Shown here in pieces: positions 10,145 to 19,685 of a DNA stretch of 64,000 bases. The translations under genes and the position numbers were made by a program. Position 1 is the first letter of the stretch. Every line of letters begins with the position of its first letter. A model generated the notes under the pieces. It searched no databases, was not told where the DNA came from, and was given only the letters and a program-made list of their open reading frames with translations. This stretch comes from Candidatus Latescibacterota bacterium (GTDB lineage: Bacteria > Latescibacterota > UBA2968 > GCA-2709665): positions 1,024,001 through 1,088,000 of the forward strand of contig OZ242358.1 of the NCBI GenBank assembly GCA_965208835.1, given 5' to 3'.

Positions 10145-11188
10145 TCACCCGCTGAGAGGCAGCGCCACGGGGTCGCCCGATCTTGCGGATTCGTAAATCG
10201 CCAGAATGACTTCGATCGCCCGCTTCGATTCCGGACCGTCGATTGTCGGCTCACCGCCTTCGTTCAGAATACGAACCATCTCGGTTATCTGCGCCTTGTG
10301 TCCCTCCGTTCCGAAAGTTTTCGAATCCGATGCCGCCCTGGCCACGTCCGTCGTGTCCGCCGCCGTCTCCTCCACGCTCTCGCCGTCGACGTCCCATTTC
10401 GTTATCTGGTCGGCTTCCACAACAATCGTCCCCCGGTCTCCTGAAAACTCCATCCGTGCCGGCAACCCGGGATACGCCGCGGAAGACGCTTCGATCACAC
10501 CCAACGCTCCGTTTTCGTATTCCAGTGTGGCGACCACGGTATCTTCCACTTCGATGTCGTGGATCAACGTGCCCATCCTCGCATAGACGCGTTTTACGGG
10601 TCCCATAATCCACTGGAGCAGGTCCACCGTGTGGCTGCCCTGCGTCATCAGCGCCCCGCCGCCCTCCATCGCCCAGTTGCCACGCCAGTCGTCCGCATCG
10701 TAGTAATCCTGGGGTCGGAACCACTTGATATAGGCGTCAGCAAGCACCATTCTACCGAGAGCGCCGGCCTGGACGGCGTCACGCACCCTGTTGACAGCCT
10801 GTCCATACCGCAACTGGAACACCCCCATCAGCTTCACCCCCGCGTCCCCGGCGGCCCGGATGATGCGGTCCATATTCCGTATGGATACATCCAGAGGCTT
10901 TTCGACGATCAGGTGCTTTCCCGCCTCCGCCGCGTCCGTCACGATTGGAATCCGGACACCGCTGGGCGTGCAGATGCAAACCACATCCACTTCCTGACGG
11001 CGCAGGATGGCTTCGTGATCGGTAAACCAGGGCACGCCGTGCGCCTCTCCGGTGGTTCTGGCGCGTGTTTCGCTTCGACTGTAAACGGCGACCAGTTCCG
11101 CCCCGTCGGATTCCTGCACCGCGCCGATGTGATAATCCGCGACCACGCCGCATCCGATTATTGCAAAACCGATGGTCCGATGGCCCAT
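10145..11188 (-). CDS. Gfo/Idh/MocA family oxidoreductase
   Basis: IIGCGVVA, CTPSG, VEKP, GGGALMTQGSHTVD. Confidence 0.92.
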   Translation of the reverse strand: MGHRTIGFAIIGCGVVADYHIGAVQESDGAELVAVYSRSETRARTTGEAHGVPWFTDHEAILRRQEVDVVCICTPSGVRIPIVTDAAEAGKHLIVEKPLDVSIRNMDRIIRAAGDAGVKLMGVFQLRYGQAVNRVRDAVQAGALGRMVLADAYIKWFRPQDYYDADDWRGNWAMEGGGALMTQGSHTVDLLQWIMGPVKRVYARMGTLIHDIEVEDTVVATLEYENGALGVIEASSAAYPGLPARMEFSGDRGTIVVEADQITKWDVDGESVEETAADTTDVARAASDSKTFGTEGHKAQITEMVRILNEGGEPTIDGPESKRAIEVILAIYESARSGDPVALPLSG

Positions 11189-11402
11189 AGACGAATCCTC
11201 CAGGAACTTATTCCAAACTGTTGTGAGATTCCCGCGGCGCTGTCGCCGGCCCGAAGGCGATGCGTCGCCACCGGTTCATCCAGGCTTGCCCGAATTCCTT
11301 TGGCGGTGTATCTTTTTCCGACTTTCCGCTACCTGCCATACCGGAACGCATCTCCGGAAAATGACAAAATCAACCTGCTTTGCGAGACACGCTGTCAACT
11401 AA

Positions 11403-11563
11403 GAAGCTGTTTTAAAAATACCGGCGAGTTCCCGAGCGCGAGCGAAAATGTGGCGGCCAAGGCGGGTGAAGCCGCCCATATCCAAAGATACGGGTGGCTT
11501 CACCCGCCTTGGCCGGCGCTTTTGCAGCCGCGCGAAGACCGCTGGGAGTTTTAAAACAGCTTC
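11403..11563 (+). mobile_element. MITE family A, copy 2 (short variant with long internal hairpin)
   Basis: Perfect TIR GAAGCTGTTTTAAAA / TTTTAAAACAGCTTC, flanks TAA/TAT; internal hairpin 11455-11514. Confidence 0.85.
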
Positions 11564-11581
11564 TATGGAGGTCATGACCAG

Positions 11582-12409
11582 ATGGATTACGTACATCCTG
11601 AACTCCTGGCCGGCAAGGTCGTCTGGGTCACGGCTTCAGCTCGCGGCCTTGGCCGTGCGATCGCGGAACGTCTTTCACGTTGCGGGGCTTCCATTGCTGT
11701 TCATGCGAGATCCGACCGGACGGCGGCCGAATTCAATGAATCACCTTCCACGACTCACGCGGCGCGCGAAATCGCGGAAACGGGCAACGCGGTGATCACC
11801 GTATTTGCTGACGTATCGGATCCCGAACAGGTCAAAGCGGCGGTCGAACACATCGAAACCGAACTCGGACCGATCGACATTCTGGTCAACAACGCCGGGG
11901 GCGACATCGCCGCGGCGGGCGGCAAACCGAAACCCAACGACACTCTGGGTATCCCGCTGGATGACGTTGAAGCCGTGTTCAAGAGGAATTTTGACACAAC
12001 CATGCACTGCTGCCGCGCTGTCGTTCCGGGCATGATTCAACGCGGAGAAGGCAGAATCGTAAACATCGGCTCGGTGGACAGCTTTACCGGAGAGCCCGGG
12101 GGAGGCCCCGTTTACGCCACGGCCAAAGCGGCACAGACCCAATATACCCGCTGTCTGGCAGCCCAACTCCGACAACACAACATCACCGTGAATATGGTGG
12201 CGCCAGGCGACTCTCCGAGCGGCCGTTTTCTTGCCACGGGTCAGGCCGACCCGGAGTTTATGGACGCAATGAACCGGCCCACGTTGATCCGTTACGCGTA
12301 TCCCGACGAGATCGCGCGGGCCGTGCAGTTCTTCGTCTCGCCCCTCGCAAGCTTTGTCAGCGGACAGATCCTGCGTGTGGACGGCGGAGCGCAGCTTTCG
12401 CCCGCGTAG
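11582..12409 (+). CDS. SDR family oxidoreductase
   Basis: VTASARGLG, LVNNAG, IVNIGS, YATAK, SGQILRVDGG. Confidence 0.9.
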   Translation: MDYVHPELLAGKVVWVTASARGLGRAIAERLSRCGASIAVHARSDRTAAEFNESPSTTHAAREIAETGNAVITVFADVSDPEQVKAAVEHIETELGPIDILVNNAGGDIAAAGGKPKPNDTLGIPLDDVEAVFKRNFDTTMHCCRAVVPGMIQRGEGRIVNIGSVDSFTGEPGGGPVYATAKAAQTQYTRCLAAQLRQHNITVNMVAPGDSPSGRFLATGQADPEFMDAMNRPTLIRYAYPDEIARAVQFFVSPLASFVSGQILRVDGGAQLSPA

Positions 12410-12439
12410 ATTGGTACCGGGCAGAATAGAACACCCCAC

Positions 12440-13039
12440 CTATCGGATCCTGTCCAGTTCCGCCCGGTATTCCTCCGGTGTATCGATGTCCCTCAATACG
12501 CCCTCGTCCGCCACCTCCACCTCCAGCGTGTCGTCCGGGTTTCCCCGCATTACGGGTTTCAGCCCGTCCTCTCCGGTCAGAGACCGGATCTCCGAGAGAT
12601 AACGACCCAGATCCACCAGGGCCGGATGCCCTCGTTTGCCACGGTAAATCGGAACGACGATACCTTTATTGCCCTTCCGATACGCCGCAGCCACCTTCCT
12701 GACCACGCTCGCGCGGACGTTCGGTTGATCCCCCAGGGCGATCAGCGCGGCATCGGCTGACTTCTCCAGGGCGGCAAGCCCGGACAGGACACTCGTAAAC
12801 ATCCCGTTGCGATAATCGCGATTCAGGTGAAACAACACCGGTCGCTCCGCGAGACTGTCCCGCACGGAATCGGCACGGTGACCCAGTACGACCAGGATAC
12901 CGTCCAGATCGGCTTCCAGCAGCGTATCGACCACGGTTTGGAGTACCGTCTTTTCGCCAAAGGGCAATAACTGTTTGGGAGACCCCATACGAGTCGACAT
13001 CCCGGCTGCCGGCACAAGCGCACAGATGCGTTTTTTCAT
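12440..13039 (-). CDS. MocA/YgfJ-like nucleotidyltransferase (molybdenum cofactor cytidylyltransferase-like)
   Basis: PAAGMSTRMGSPKQLL, LGDQP, GKRGHP, DIDTPEEY; start set to ATG 13039. Confidence 0.85.
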   Translation of the reverse strand: MKKRICALVPAAGMSTRMGSPKQLLPFGEKTVLQTVVDTLLEADLDGILVVLGHRADSVRDSLAERPVLFHLNRDYRNGMFTSVLSGLAALEKSADAALIALGDQPNVRASVVRKVAAAYRKGNKGIVVPIYRGKRGHPALVDLGRYLSEIRSLTGEDGLKPVMRGNPDDTLEVEVADEGVLRDIDTPEEYRAELDRIR

Positions 13040-13294
13040 TTGGATGCCAAGTATAATAAAAAAAAGCCGGTGATACCACAACTTCTGAACCGCGACTGCA
13101 AATGCCTGCGCATGCGGCTGATCCGCGTTTAAAAACAAACACTTAATCGTCAACGGTCAAGGCATTTCAATGGAAGGGGGACAATGTGAGTGCACCGGCG
13201 GCGGCAACGCGGGGGAAGGACAGCGACAGCGACGCTAGATTATTCATAAAAAATTAAAAAACAGTAAATTAAACCAATCCCTTTGCGCTTTGAC

Positions 13295-13322
13295 TTGACT
13301 TTTTCCCATTAAATAGTACATT
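13295..13322 (+). promoter_or_regulatory. Candidate sigma70 promoter in an AT-rich island
   Basis: TTGACT-16 nt-TACATT within AT-rich 13240-13340. Confidence 0.4.
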
Positions 13323-13389
13323 ACATTTCTTTAAAATATCGAGGGGGTCGATTTTCGCGCAGTGTCAGCTTCCGGAGAAGCCATTTCAG

Positions 13390-13635
13390 GTGCTCTGTGA
13401 AACGTGTGAAACGCGTCCCGCCACACGGATCTCCACCCGGGTTTTGAACGGTGAGAAACAGGTCACTTACCGTTGCGAAGTCTGCGAAGCGTTGCCTGAA
13501 CCCGGTTCGAAACCCCGCCTGGAGCGCCCGTGCGAGCGTTGCGGAGAGAATGAGGGACGGATCAAACTCACCCGCCTCGCGGAACGTTATCGAACCGTAA
13601 CGTATCTGTGTGAAACCTGTGCGACGCGCAGGTAG
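13390..13635 (+). CDS. Small four-CXXC zinc-finger protein (two McsA N-terminus-like repeats)
   Basis: MLCETCETRPAT...VLNGEKQVTYRCEVC and CERCGENEG...YLCETCA; SD GGAG upstream of GTG start. Confidence 0.7.
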   Translation: MLCETCETRPATRISTRVLNGEKQVTYRCEVCEALPEPGSKPRLERPCERCGENEGRIKLTRLAERYRTVTYLCETCATRR

Positions 13636-13778
13636 CACGACGGCGTCAGCGGGTTCTCCGGCCTCACGGGCGAGTGTAGACATAGTTTCGATAACGGGTA
13701 CCCGGAAACGGAATCACGCCCGTTCTCGTGCGCGGGCGACACCCGCTTCCTGCGCGCTTCAGCAACCGGACAGCCTGC

Positions 13779-16700
13779 ATGATGGATACAAGCACATTCC
13801 TGAATCCTCCGGCGCCATACCGGATCCTGCCTTCCTGGGCGTGGAACAGCACGATCGAGGAGGGCGAGATCGTGCGCCAGATCCGGGAGATGAGCGAAAA
13901 GGGTCTTGGGGGTTTCTGCCTCTCCTCGGGTCCGGGGCTGAGAATTCCGTACCTCTCCAGAATCTGGTTCGATCGAGTCCGGCTTGCGGTCGAAACCGCC
14001 AGGGAGTGCGGACTTCAGGTCTGGCTGCACGACGAATTCCCGCACCCGCATGGCCTAAGCGGCGGGCAGGTATCGTTGGGCCATCCCCAGTATAGGGGCC
14101 AGCACCTTACTTTCGATGAAATCACGGTTCAGGGCGGCCAGCAGGTGGACATGGAATTGCCGTGGGGCACCGTTTTGCGAGCCCTCGCCGTGCCGCTCAA
14201 GCGGGACCGGTGTCTGTGGGAGAGTGTTGAGGACATCGGTGATTATATTGGCGCGAACCAGCGCCATGAGATTTACCGGGAACACGATGTCGATGGGGAG
14301 TACCACAACAAGAGATTTCTGGCCCGCCATCTCACCCATCGCCTTTTCTGGAAGGCGCCGCCCGGACGCTGGAGAGTGCTTGTCTTCATCCAGAGGGAAA
14401 GCGATGCGGAAGAACCCCATGGAATCCACTTCGATCCGTTCAACGCCGACGCCGTCGCCTGTTATCTCGAGACCACCCACGGAAGGTACGCCAGCGGGTT
14501 GGCAGACGGTTTCGGCGGCGCGATCCAGGGCATTCTGACCACGGAGGCGTTTTCCATTCCGGGCAGATGGCCCTGGTCTCCGACTTTGCCCGGGGTATTC
14601 CGGGAGCGCAACCAGTATGACCTGCTCAACTGTCTCCCTGCGCTGATGACCTATTTCGGTCCGAATACGGCCCGGATCCGGTACGATTACTTCCAGACCC
14701 TGAGTGAGATGCTCAGGGACAATTACCATAAGGCATTCGAGACGTGGTGCGCGAAACACAACGTGCTGCACGCGTCCGACGTGACGGTATTCAGGAACGC
14801 CCACAGGCGCAACGTCCACATTCCAGGTACCTGCGGAGGCGGCGAAAAGATTGGCGGATTCAGAGATCGGGACGCGAACGCCGCCGCTTACCGCCGCAAC
14901 CCCAGATTTTCAGTATCCGTCCACGACGGTGGCCGCGCGTTCAACACGTGTTTTCAGGATACGGGGTGGTCGCTGACGCTCCAGGATATGAAGTGGACGA
15001 TCGACCGGATGGGCGCACTTGGCGCCAATCTGTTTCATGCGCAGGGATTGTCCTACACCCTCGACGGGCTGCGCAAGCACCACTGCCCTCCCTCCATATT
15101 CCACCAGAACCCCTACTGGAAACACTTCCGGCTTCTGGCGGACTACACGGGCCGTCTCTCATACGCCCTCAGCCAGGGTCGCCGAAGGCCCAATCTGGCC
15201 CTGCTGGATCCGGTGACGAGCCTTTGGGCGCACCTCGGCAGCCCGGGTCTCGGATGGCAGTATATCGGTTACGATGAGGATGAAGCCAAGCTCACCCAGC
15301 GGCTCGCGACGGATTGGGCATATCTCATCGAGTCCCTTTGCCAGATGCAGAGGGATTTCGACACCGTGGATCCTGAAGTCCTGGCGGCTGCGCGGGTCAC
15401 CGGTAATCGGCTGCAGACAGAGGAAGGCAGCTACGATGTACTCATCCTGCCGCCCATTGCAAACCTGGAGCGAGACGCGTTTGAATGCATCCGGCAGTTT
15501 ATCAACGCCGGCGGCAAAGTCATCTGTCTCGGCCTGCTTCCGATCGAAGATATCCAGGAAGGCCCCTCGGTCGTGGAGGCGTTCTCCCGCCTGACCGACA
15601 TGGAACCCGGCCGAATGAGGCGCGACTATAGCGGCCACGAGCTGGGCGTACATCTCATCCAGAGAGGAGACCTCTATTTCATCCGTACGGGCGGATCCGT
15701 CGAAAAAAACCGCGGTGCGCGAATGCTGTCGGATTTGCTGCACCGAATTCTTCCTCCCGACGTGATCGTGGAGACCGACAAGAAGAACGGTTCGGCGATC
15801 ATGGCGCAAAGAAGAGAAACGCCGAACGGAGATCTGTTTTTCTTTGCGAATACCGACCGAAACGCCTTTACGTCCCGGGTCACGGTACAGGTGCCGTCTC
15901 ATCGGCGAAAGGTGGAACGGTGGGACCTCGAGACCGGCCGGCGATCTCCGATGGCGGCGGAGCGGGACGCCGATCGGATACAGTTCAACCTCAATTTCGA
16001 TCGCCTGCAATCCCACCTTATTGTCGTGTCGGAAGACAAACCCCAGCCGCTGACGGAGTCGGAAACGCCAGCCGTCTTGCGTCCCGACGCCAATGGCGCG
16101 TGGAAAGTCGATGCGGAAGAGGACAACTGTCTTCGAATGGACAGGTTCCAGATGCAACTCGATCCACAGAACAAGGGAATCGAGCAGGGCTGGCACAAGC
16201 CCGGCTACAGGGACAACCGCTGGACGTCCATAACGCCCAAACCCGTTATCGATCAGATCGGTGATCTGCCGTCCCTTTCCGGCCTGCCTTTCACGTTCAA
16301 CAGCGGCGGCGAGGGAGAGACTGCGGGTCCGGACATCAGGTTTCCGCTGGTCTGCTGGTTCAGAACGGCATTCTCAGCCGACGTCGTGCCGTCCAAGCTC
16401 TCCCTTGTGATGGACCGCAGCGCCATTCTGGGGAACTACCAGATCTACCTGAACGGCGTCCGCCTGCCCGGAAAGGCCTTCCGTCCGACGTTTCGTTATG
16501 ACCATAACAACGTTACCTGCGCGGTTGTACGCCGCGTGAACACCGGCAGGAACGTCCTCGCGATCCGCGTGGAGCTCGACAATCTCGATCAGGGCCTGGT
16601 CGATGCCTTCTATCTCTTCGGGAAGTTCGGCGTAAGGCGCTGGCTCAACCACTATCTGCGAATGGTCGCGCCGGTCGACCGGGGTTTCCCGGGCGAACTC

Positions 16701-17021
16701 GATGAACAGAAAATGCCCTATTATGCGGGCACGGTTGTATATACGAAGGATATGACGTTTGCCGAGCCTCCCGAGTCCGAGCAGTTCGTCTTCTCGCTCG
16801 AGGAGGAACTGAAGGACGTTACCGATATTGTCGAGGTGACCATCAATGGCCGCTCCCTGGGGACGAGAGCATGGGCGCCGTACAAGTGGACGGCCAGGTC
16901 CGAATGGCTCAAAACCGGGAAAAACCGTATTGTCGTCCGGATGACCAACACGCTTTCCAGGTTGCTCACCGGATGTGAGTTTGAAAGCCGCACCCATTCC
17001 CTGAAACCCGTCGAGCTGTAG
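13779..17021 (+). CDS. Large GH106 (alpha-L-rhamnosidase-like) family protein
   Basis: FLNPPAPYR..WAWN, WLHDE, RIRYDY, YTLDGLRKHHCPPS, C-terminal YAGTVVY and RAWAPY..NRIVVRMTNTL beta-sandwich; start at ATG 13779. Confidence 0.75.
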   Translation: MMDTSTFLNPPAPYRILPSWAWNSTIEEGEIVRQIREMSEKGLGGFCLSSGPGLRIPYLSRIWFDRVRLAVETARECGLQVWLHDEFPHPHGLSGGQVSLGHPQYRGQHLTFDEITVQGGQQVDMELPWGTVLRALAVPLKRDRCLWESVEDIGDYIGANQRHEIYREHDVDGEYHNKRFLARHLTHRLFWKAPPGRWRVLVFIQRESDAEEPHGIHFDPFNADAVACYLETTHGRYASGLADGFGGAIQGILTTEAFSIPGRWPWSPTLPGVFRERNQYDLLNCLPALMTYFGPNTARIRYDYFQTLSEMLRDNYHKAFETWCAKHNVLHASDVTVFRNAHRRNVHIPGTCGGGEKIGGFRDRDANAAAYRRNPRFSVSVHDGGRAFNTCFQDTGWSLTLQDMKWTIDRMGALGANLFHAQGLSYTLDGLRKHHCPPSIFHQNPYWKHFRLLADYTGRLSYALSQGRRRPNLALLDPVTSLWAHLGSPGLGWQYIGYDEDEAKLTQRLATDWAYLIESLCQMQRDFDTVDPEVLAAARVTGNRLQTEEGSYDVLILPPIANLERDAFECIRQFINAGGKVICLGLLPIEDIQEGPSVVEAFSRLTDMEPGRMRRDYSGHELGVHLIQRGDLYFIRTGGSVEKNRGARMLSDLLHRILPPDVIVETDKKNGSAIMAQRRETPNGDLFFFANTDRNAFTSRVTVQVPSHRRKVERWDLETGRRSPMAAERDADRIQFNLNFDRLQSHLIVVSEDKPQPLTESETPAVLRPDANGAWKVDAEEDNCLRMDRFQMQLDPQNKGIEQGWHKPGYRDNRWTSITPKPVIDQIGDLPSLSGLPFTFNSGGEGETAGPDIRFPLVCWFRTAFSADVVPSKLSLVMDRSAILGNYQIYLNGVRLPGKAFRPTFRYDHNNVTCAVVRRVNTGRNVLAIRVELDNLDQGLVDAFYLFGKFGVRRWLNHYLRMVAPVDRGFPGELDEQKMPYYAGTVVYTKDMTFAEPPESEQFVFSLEEELKDVTDIVEVTINGRSLGTRAWAPYKWTARSEWLKTGKNRIVVRMTNTLSRLLTGCEFESRTHSLKPVEL

Positions 17022-17213
17022 GTGACTCGCCGCAGGCGGCGCGGATCGACTACGTAAACAGGGTAACCGGATGAGCCGTTTGGCCCGATCTCCAGGGTCG
17101 GATATACCGGATTGCGAAAAGACAGAGCGGCCTCAATTAGAGGTCGCTTTTGTGTTGAAATCACGAGCGGAAATCGCCAATCCCGACGGAGTACCTTTCA
17201 AACGGAGACGAAT

Positions 17214-17483
17214 ATGAAAAAAGGATGGATCGCGGCAGGCGTGATGGCAGCGCTTCAGGGATTTCTCTTGCTGGCGGCAGGGCTCATCTTCGCGGCCCTG
17301 TTCCTCATCAAGATCCTCTGGGCGTGGACGATTCCCGATCTCTTTCCCGGCGCGGTGGAACAGGGACTCATCGCGGGTGAAATTTCGTGGTTTGCATCCC
17401 TGAAGCTGGCCCTGTTCCTCGGCATCCTGTCGGCGATTGTCGGTAACAGAAGCGTGTCCACGTCGTACTCCAGCTCCAGATAG
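17214..17483 (+). CDS. Small membrane protein, unknown function
   Basis: 89 aa, hydrophobic, LWAWTIPDLFPGAVEQGLIA; SD GGAG. Confidence 0.7.
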   Translation: MKKGWIAAGVMAALQGFLLLAAGLIFAALFLIKILWAWTIPDLFPGAVEQGLIAGEISWFASLKLALFLGILSAIVGNRSVSTSYSSSR

Positions 17484-17533
17484 AAAAAGCCCTGCGTTTT
17501 CAGACGATTGTCTTCTGGAGACAGGAAAGTCAA

Positions 17534-18292
17534 TTGAACTTCGACGACAGCACCTACTTCAAGGCATACGATCACAATTATCGTGTCGCGTATGAAGAAG
17601 GCCTGGCGTTCCTTGGTGAAGGTGGATCGCAGGGGGTACTTCGGCGTCTGGAGGGAATGCTCCGAAAAGTCACGCACTCGCCGCCGGAAACCCGGATACT
17701 GGACGTGGGATGCGGGGACGGCACTGTCGGACTCTTTCTGGTCGGACTGGGATATCGATACCTGGGTATCGACATCTCGGAGGCAGCCATCGTACGCGCA
17801 AGACAGCGGTGTGCGGAAGCCGGTGCAGGCGCGAAATTCGAGGTTGCGAATGCGCTGGTTCCGGATACCTTGCCGGCACACGGGTTCGACATCGTCCTGG
17901 ACTGCTTTTGCTTCAATATGCTGGTTGTCGACGCGCACAGGAAAGACTACCTTGGAAACGTGAGACGGGCCATGCGGGACGGAGGATATTTCATCCTGTT
18001 CGGTTCGCATGACACGAACGCCTGCGAGGGTCCGGTGGATTCGTTCGCAGGGTTCTGCAGGAAGACGGGCGCCAATACGTCCGGCGTCCCTCTCCAGAAG
18101 CGCCAGGGAGACCGTTGGGTGGCCGTGAATGGCAAGATTGTATTCCTGATAGGCCGCTCACAGAGTTTGAAGGGATATCGCGAGGAAGTGACCGCGGCGG
18201 GTTTCAGGATCCTGTACCGTACGACCTATCGTCGTGACCGCCGTGACGCGGGATTCCTGATGCGGAAGGAAATGGATGCGCCTGAATCGTAA
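17534..18292 (+). CDS. Class I SAM-dependent methyltransferase
   Basis: ILDVGCGDG, GIDIS, FDIVLD. Confidence 0.88.
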   Translation: MNFDDSTYFKAYDHNYRVAYEEGLAFLGEGGSQGVLRRLEGMLRKVTHSPPETRILDVGCGDGTVGLFLVGLGYRYLGIDISEAAIVRARQRCAEAGAGAKFEVANALVPDTLPAHGFDIVLDCFCFNMLVVDAHRKDYLGNVRRAMRDGGYFILFGSHDTNACEGPVDSFAGFCRKTGANTSGVPLQKRQGDRWVAVNGKIVFLIGRSQSLKGYREEVTAAGFRILYRTTYRRDRRDAGFLMRKEMDAPES

Positions 18293-18302
18293 AGGAAGCA
18301 TT

Positions 18303-18995
18303 ATGCCGACTCTCCCGCGTGGAGACGTCGTACAATCCGGCGCTCACGACGCCTTGCCACGAAAGACGGACTACAACGGCAAGTTTGTTACCCTGTCGCC
18401 GGTCAGCCCGAAAGCCGACGCCGGGGAACTCTTCGAGGGCTCCCACGGGTCCGAAATGTATGAGCAGATATGGACTTACATGGGTTACGGCCCATTTGAC
18501 AACGTGCAAGCCATGCGAGCGTGGCTCGAGGATTGGGTGGGGTCGAACGATCCGCTCTTCTTTACCGTCCACCATCGTGAGTCTGGCCGGCGGGTCGGGA
18601 TGGCGAGTTTCCTGAACATCGCTTCGGATATGAGACGCCTGGAGCTGGGCCACATCTGGTATTCGCCGGATTCTCAGCAGTCGAACGTCAATACCGAGGC
18701 TGTGTACCTGATGCTTTGCGAGGCCTTCGACACGCTCAAATACCGGCGGGTCGAATGGAAATGCGATTCGCTGAACGAGCGATCCCGATTGGCGGCCCTG
18801 CGTCTAGGCTTCCGGTTCGACGGGATTTTCAGACAACACATGATCATTAAGGGACGAAACCGGGACACAGCCTGGTACGCGCTCATGGACAGCGAGTGGC
18901 CCGAGGCCAGGAAGAACATGCGGAAGTGGTTGTATCAGAACCCGGGTGGGCGGTTGTCACTGAGGAAACTCAATGGTGCTGAGCCCGTAGTCTGA
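18303..18995 (+). CDS. GNAT acetyltransferase (RimJ/RimL-like)
   Basis: ELGHIWY, YRRVEWKCDSLN, LGFRFDGIFRQH, GRNRDTAWY. Confidence 0.9.
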   Translation: MPTLPRGDVVQSGAHDALPRKTDYNGKFVTLSPVSPKADAGELFEGSHGSEMYEQIWTYMGYGPFDNVQAMRAWLEDWVGSNDPLFFTVHHRESGRRVGMASFLNIASDMRRLELGHIWYSPDSQQSNVNTEAVYLMLCEAFDTLKYRRVEWKCDSLNERSRLAALRLGFRFDGIFRQHMIIKGRNRDTAWYALMDSEWPEARKNMRKWLYQNPGGRLSLRKLNGAEPVV

Positions 18996-19088
18996 CCAGC
19001 GGTTTGAATCGTTCTGCCCCCTCGGAATATCCGACGCCAGACCTGCGCTCAGTGATAGACATTTTCGCTACAAACCATACCTGGAGGT

Positions 19089-19505
19089 ATGCGACCTATG
19101 ACGCCGTGGAAGATCAATCTGGACGACGTGCCTGAAGAACATCAGAAGTGGTCGTGGAGCACTGGAAACTACGAACGCTATCGTCGCCATGTCTCGGTTG
19201 CTCTGGGAAACTCCCCGGAAACGCCACATCCGTTCGACGTTGAACTGACGCGCCTGCCCCCGGGCGCGCGCCCGTGTCCCGTGCATTCGCACGACCGGAT
19301 GTGGGAGTTCTTCATCGTCGTATCGGGCCGCGCCGTGGTGGACCGCGAAGGGGAATCCACCGAAGCCGTCGCCGGAGACTGCTTCATGCAGCCGGCCTGC
19401 ACACGGCACCGGATCCGGAACGCCAGCGACACCGAAGACCTGGTCTTCTACGTGATCGCCAACGACCCCGGCGTTCCCATTGTGAGCCGCAAATACGAGG
19501 TCTGA
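19089..19505 (+). CDS. Cupin-domain protein
   Basis: PVHSHDRMWEFF...G and HRIRN cupin motifs. Confidence 0.85.
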   Translation: MRPMTPWKINLDDVPEEHQKWSWSTGNYERYRRHVSVALGNSPETPHPFDVELTRLPPGARPCPVHSHDRMWEFFIVVSGRAVVDREGESTEAVAGDCFMQPACTRHRIRNASDTEDLVFYVIANDPGVPIVSRKYEV

Positions 19506-19685
19506 TCGGGGCCAGCGAAGCGCACAGCCCGCCCGCCCGCCGTAGTCATCCAACGCGAACGCTCGTACCCGCGGGTTCCCCGTTGACGCCATGCCGGGCG
19601 AACTTCCGGTGCCTGTCATCGGATCGCCGAATCACCTCCACCGACAGTCACGTATTGATATACTCAACGCGCTTGGGGAGTCAAT

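Noticed and set aside
13280-13305. CtsR box upstream of the McsA-like gene
   Set aside because: The TTGAC repeats do not have the spacing of the CtsR heptad direct repeat.
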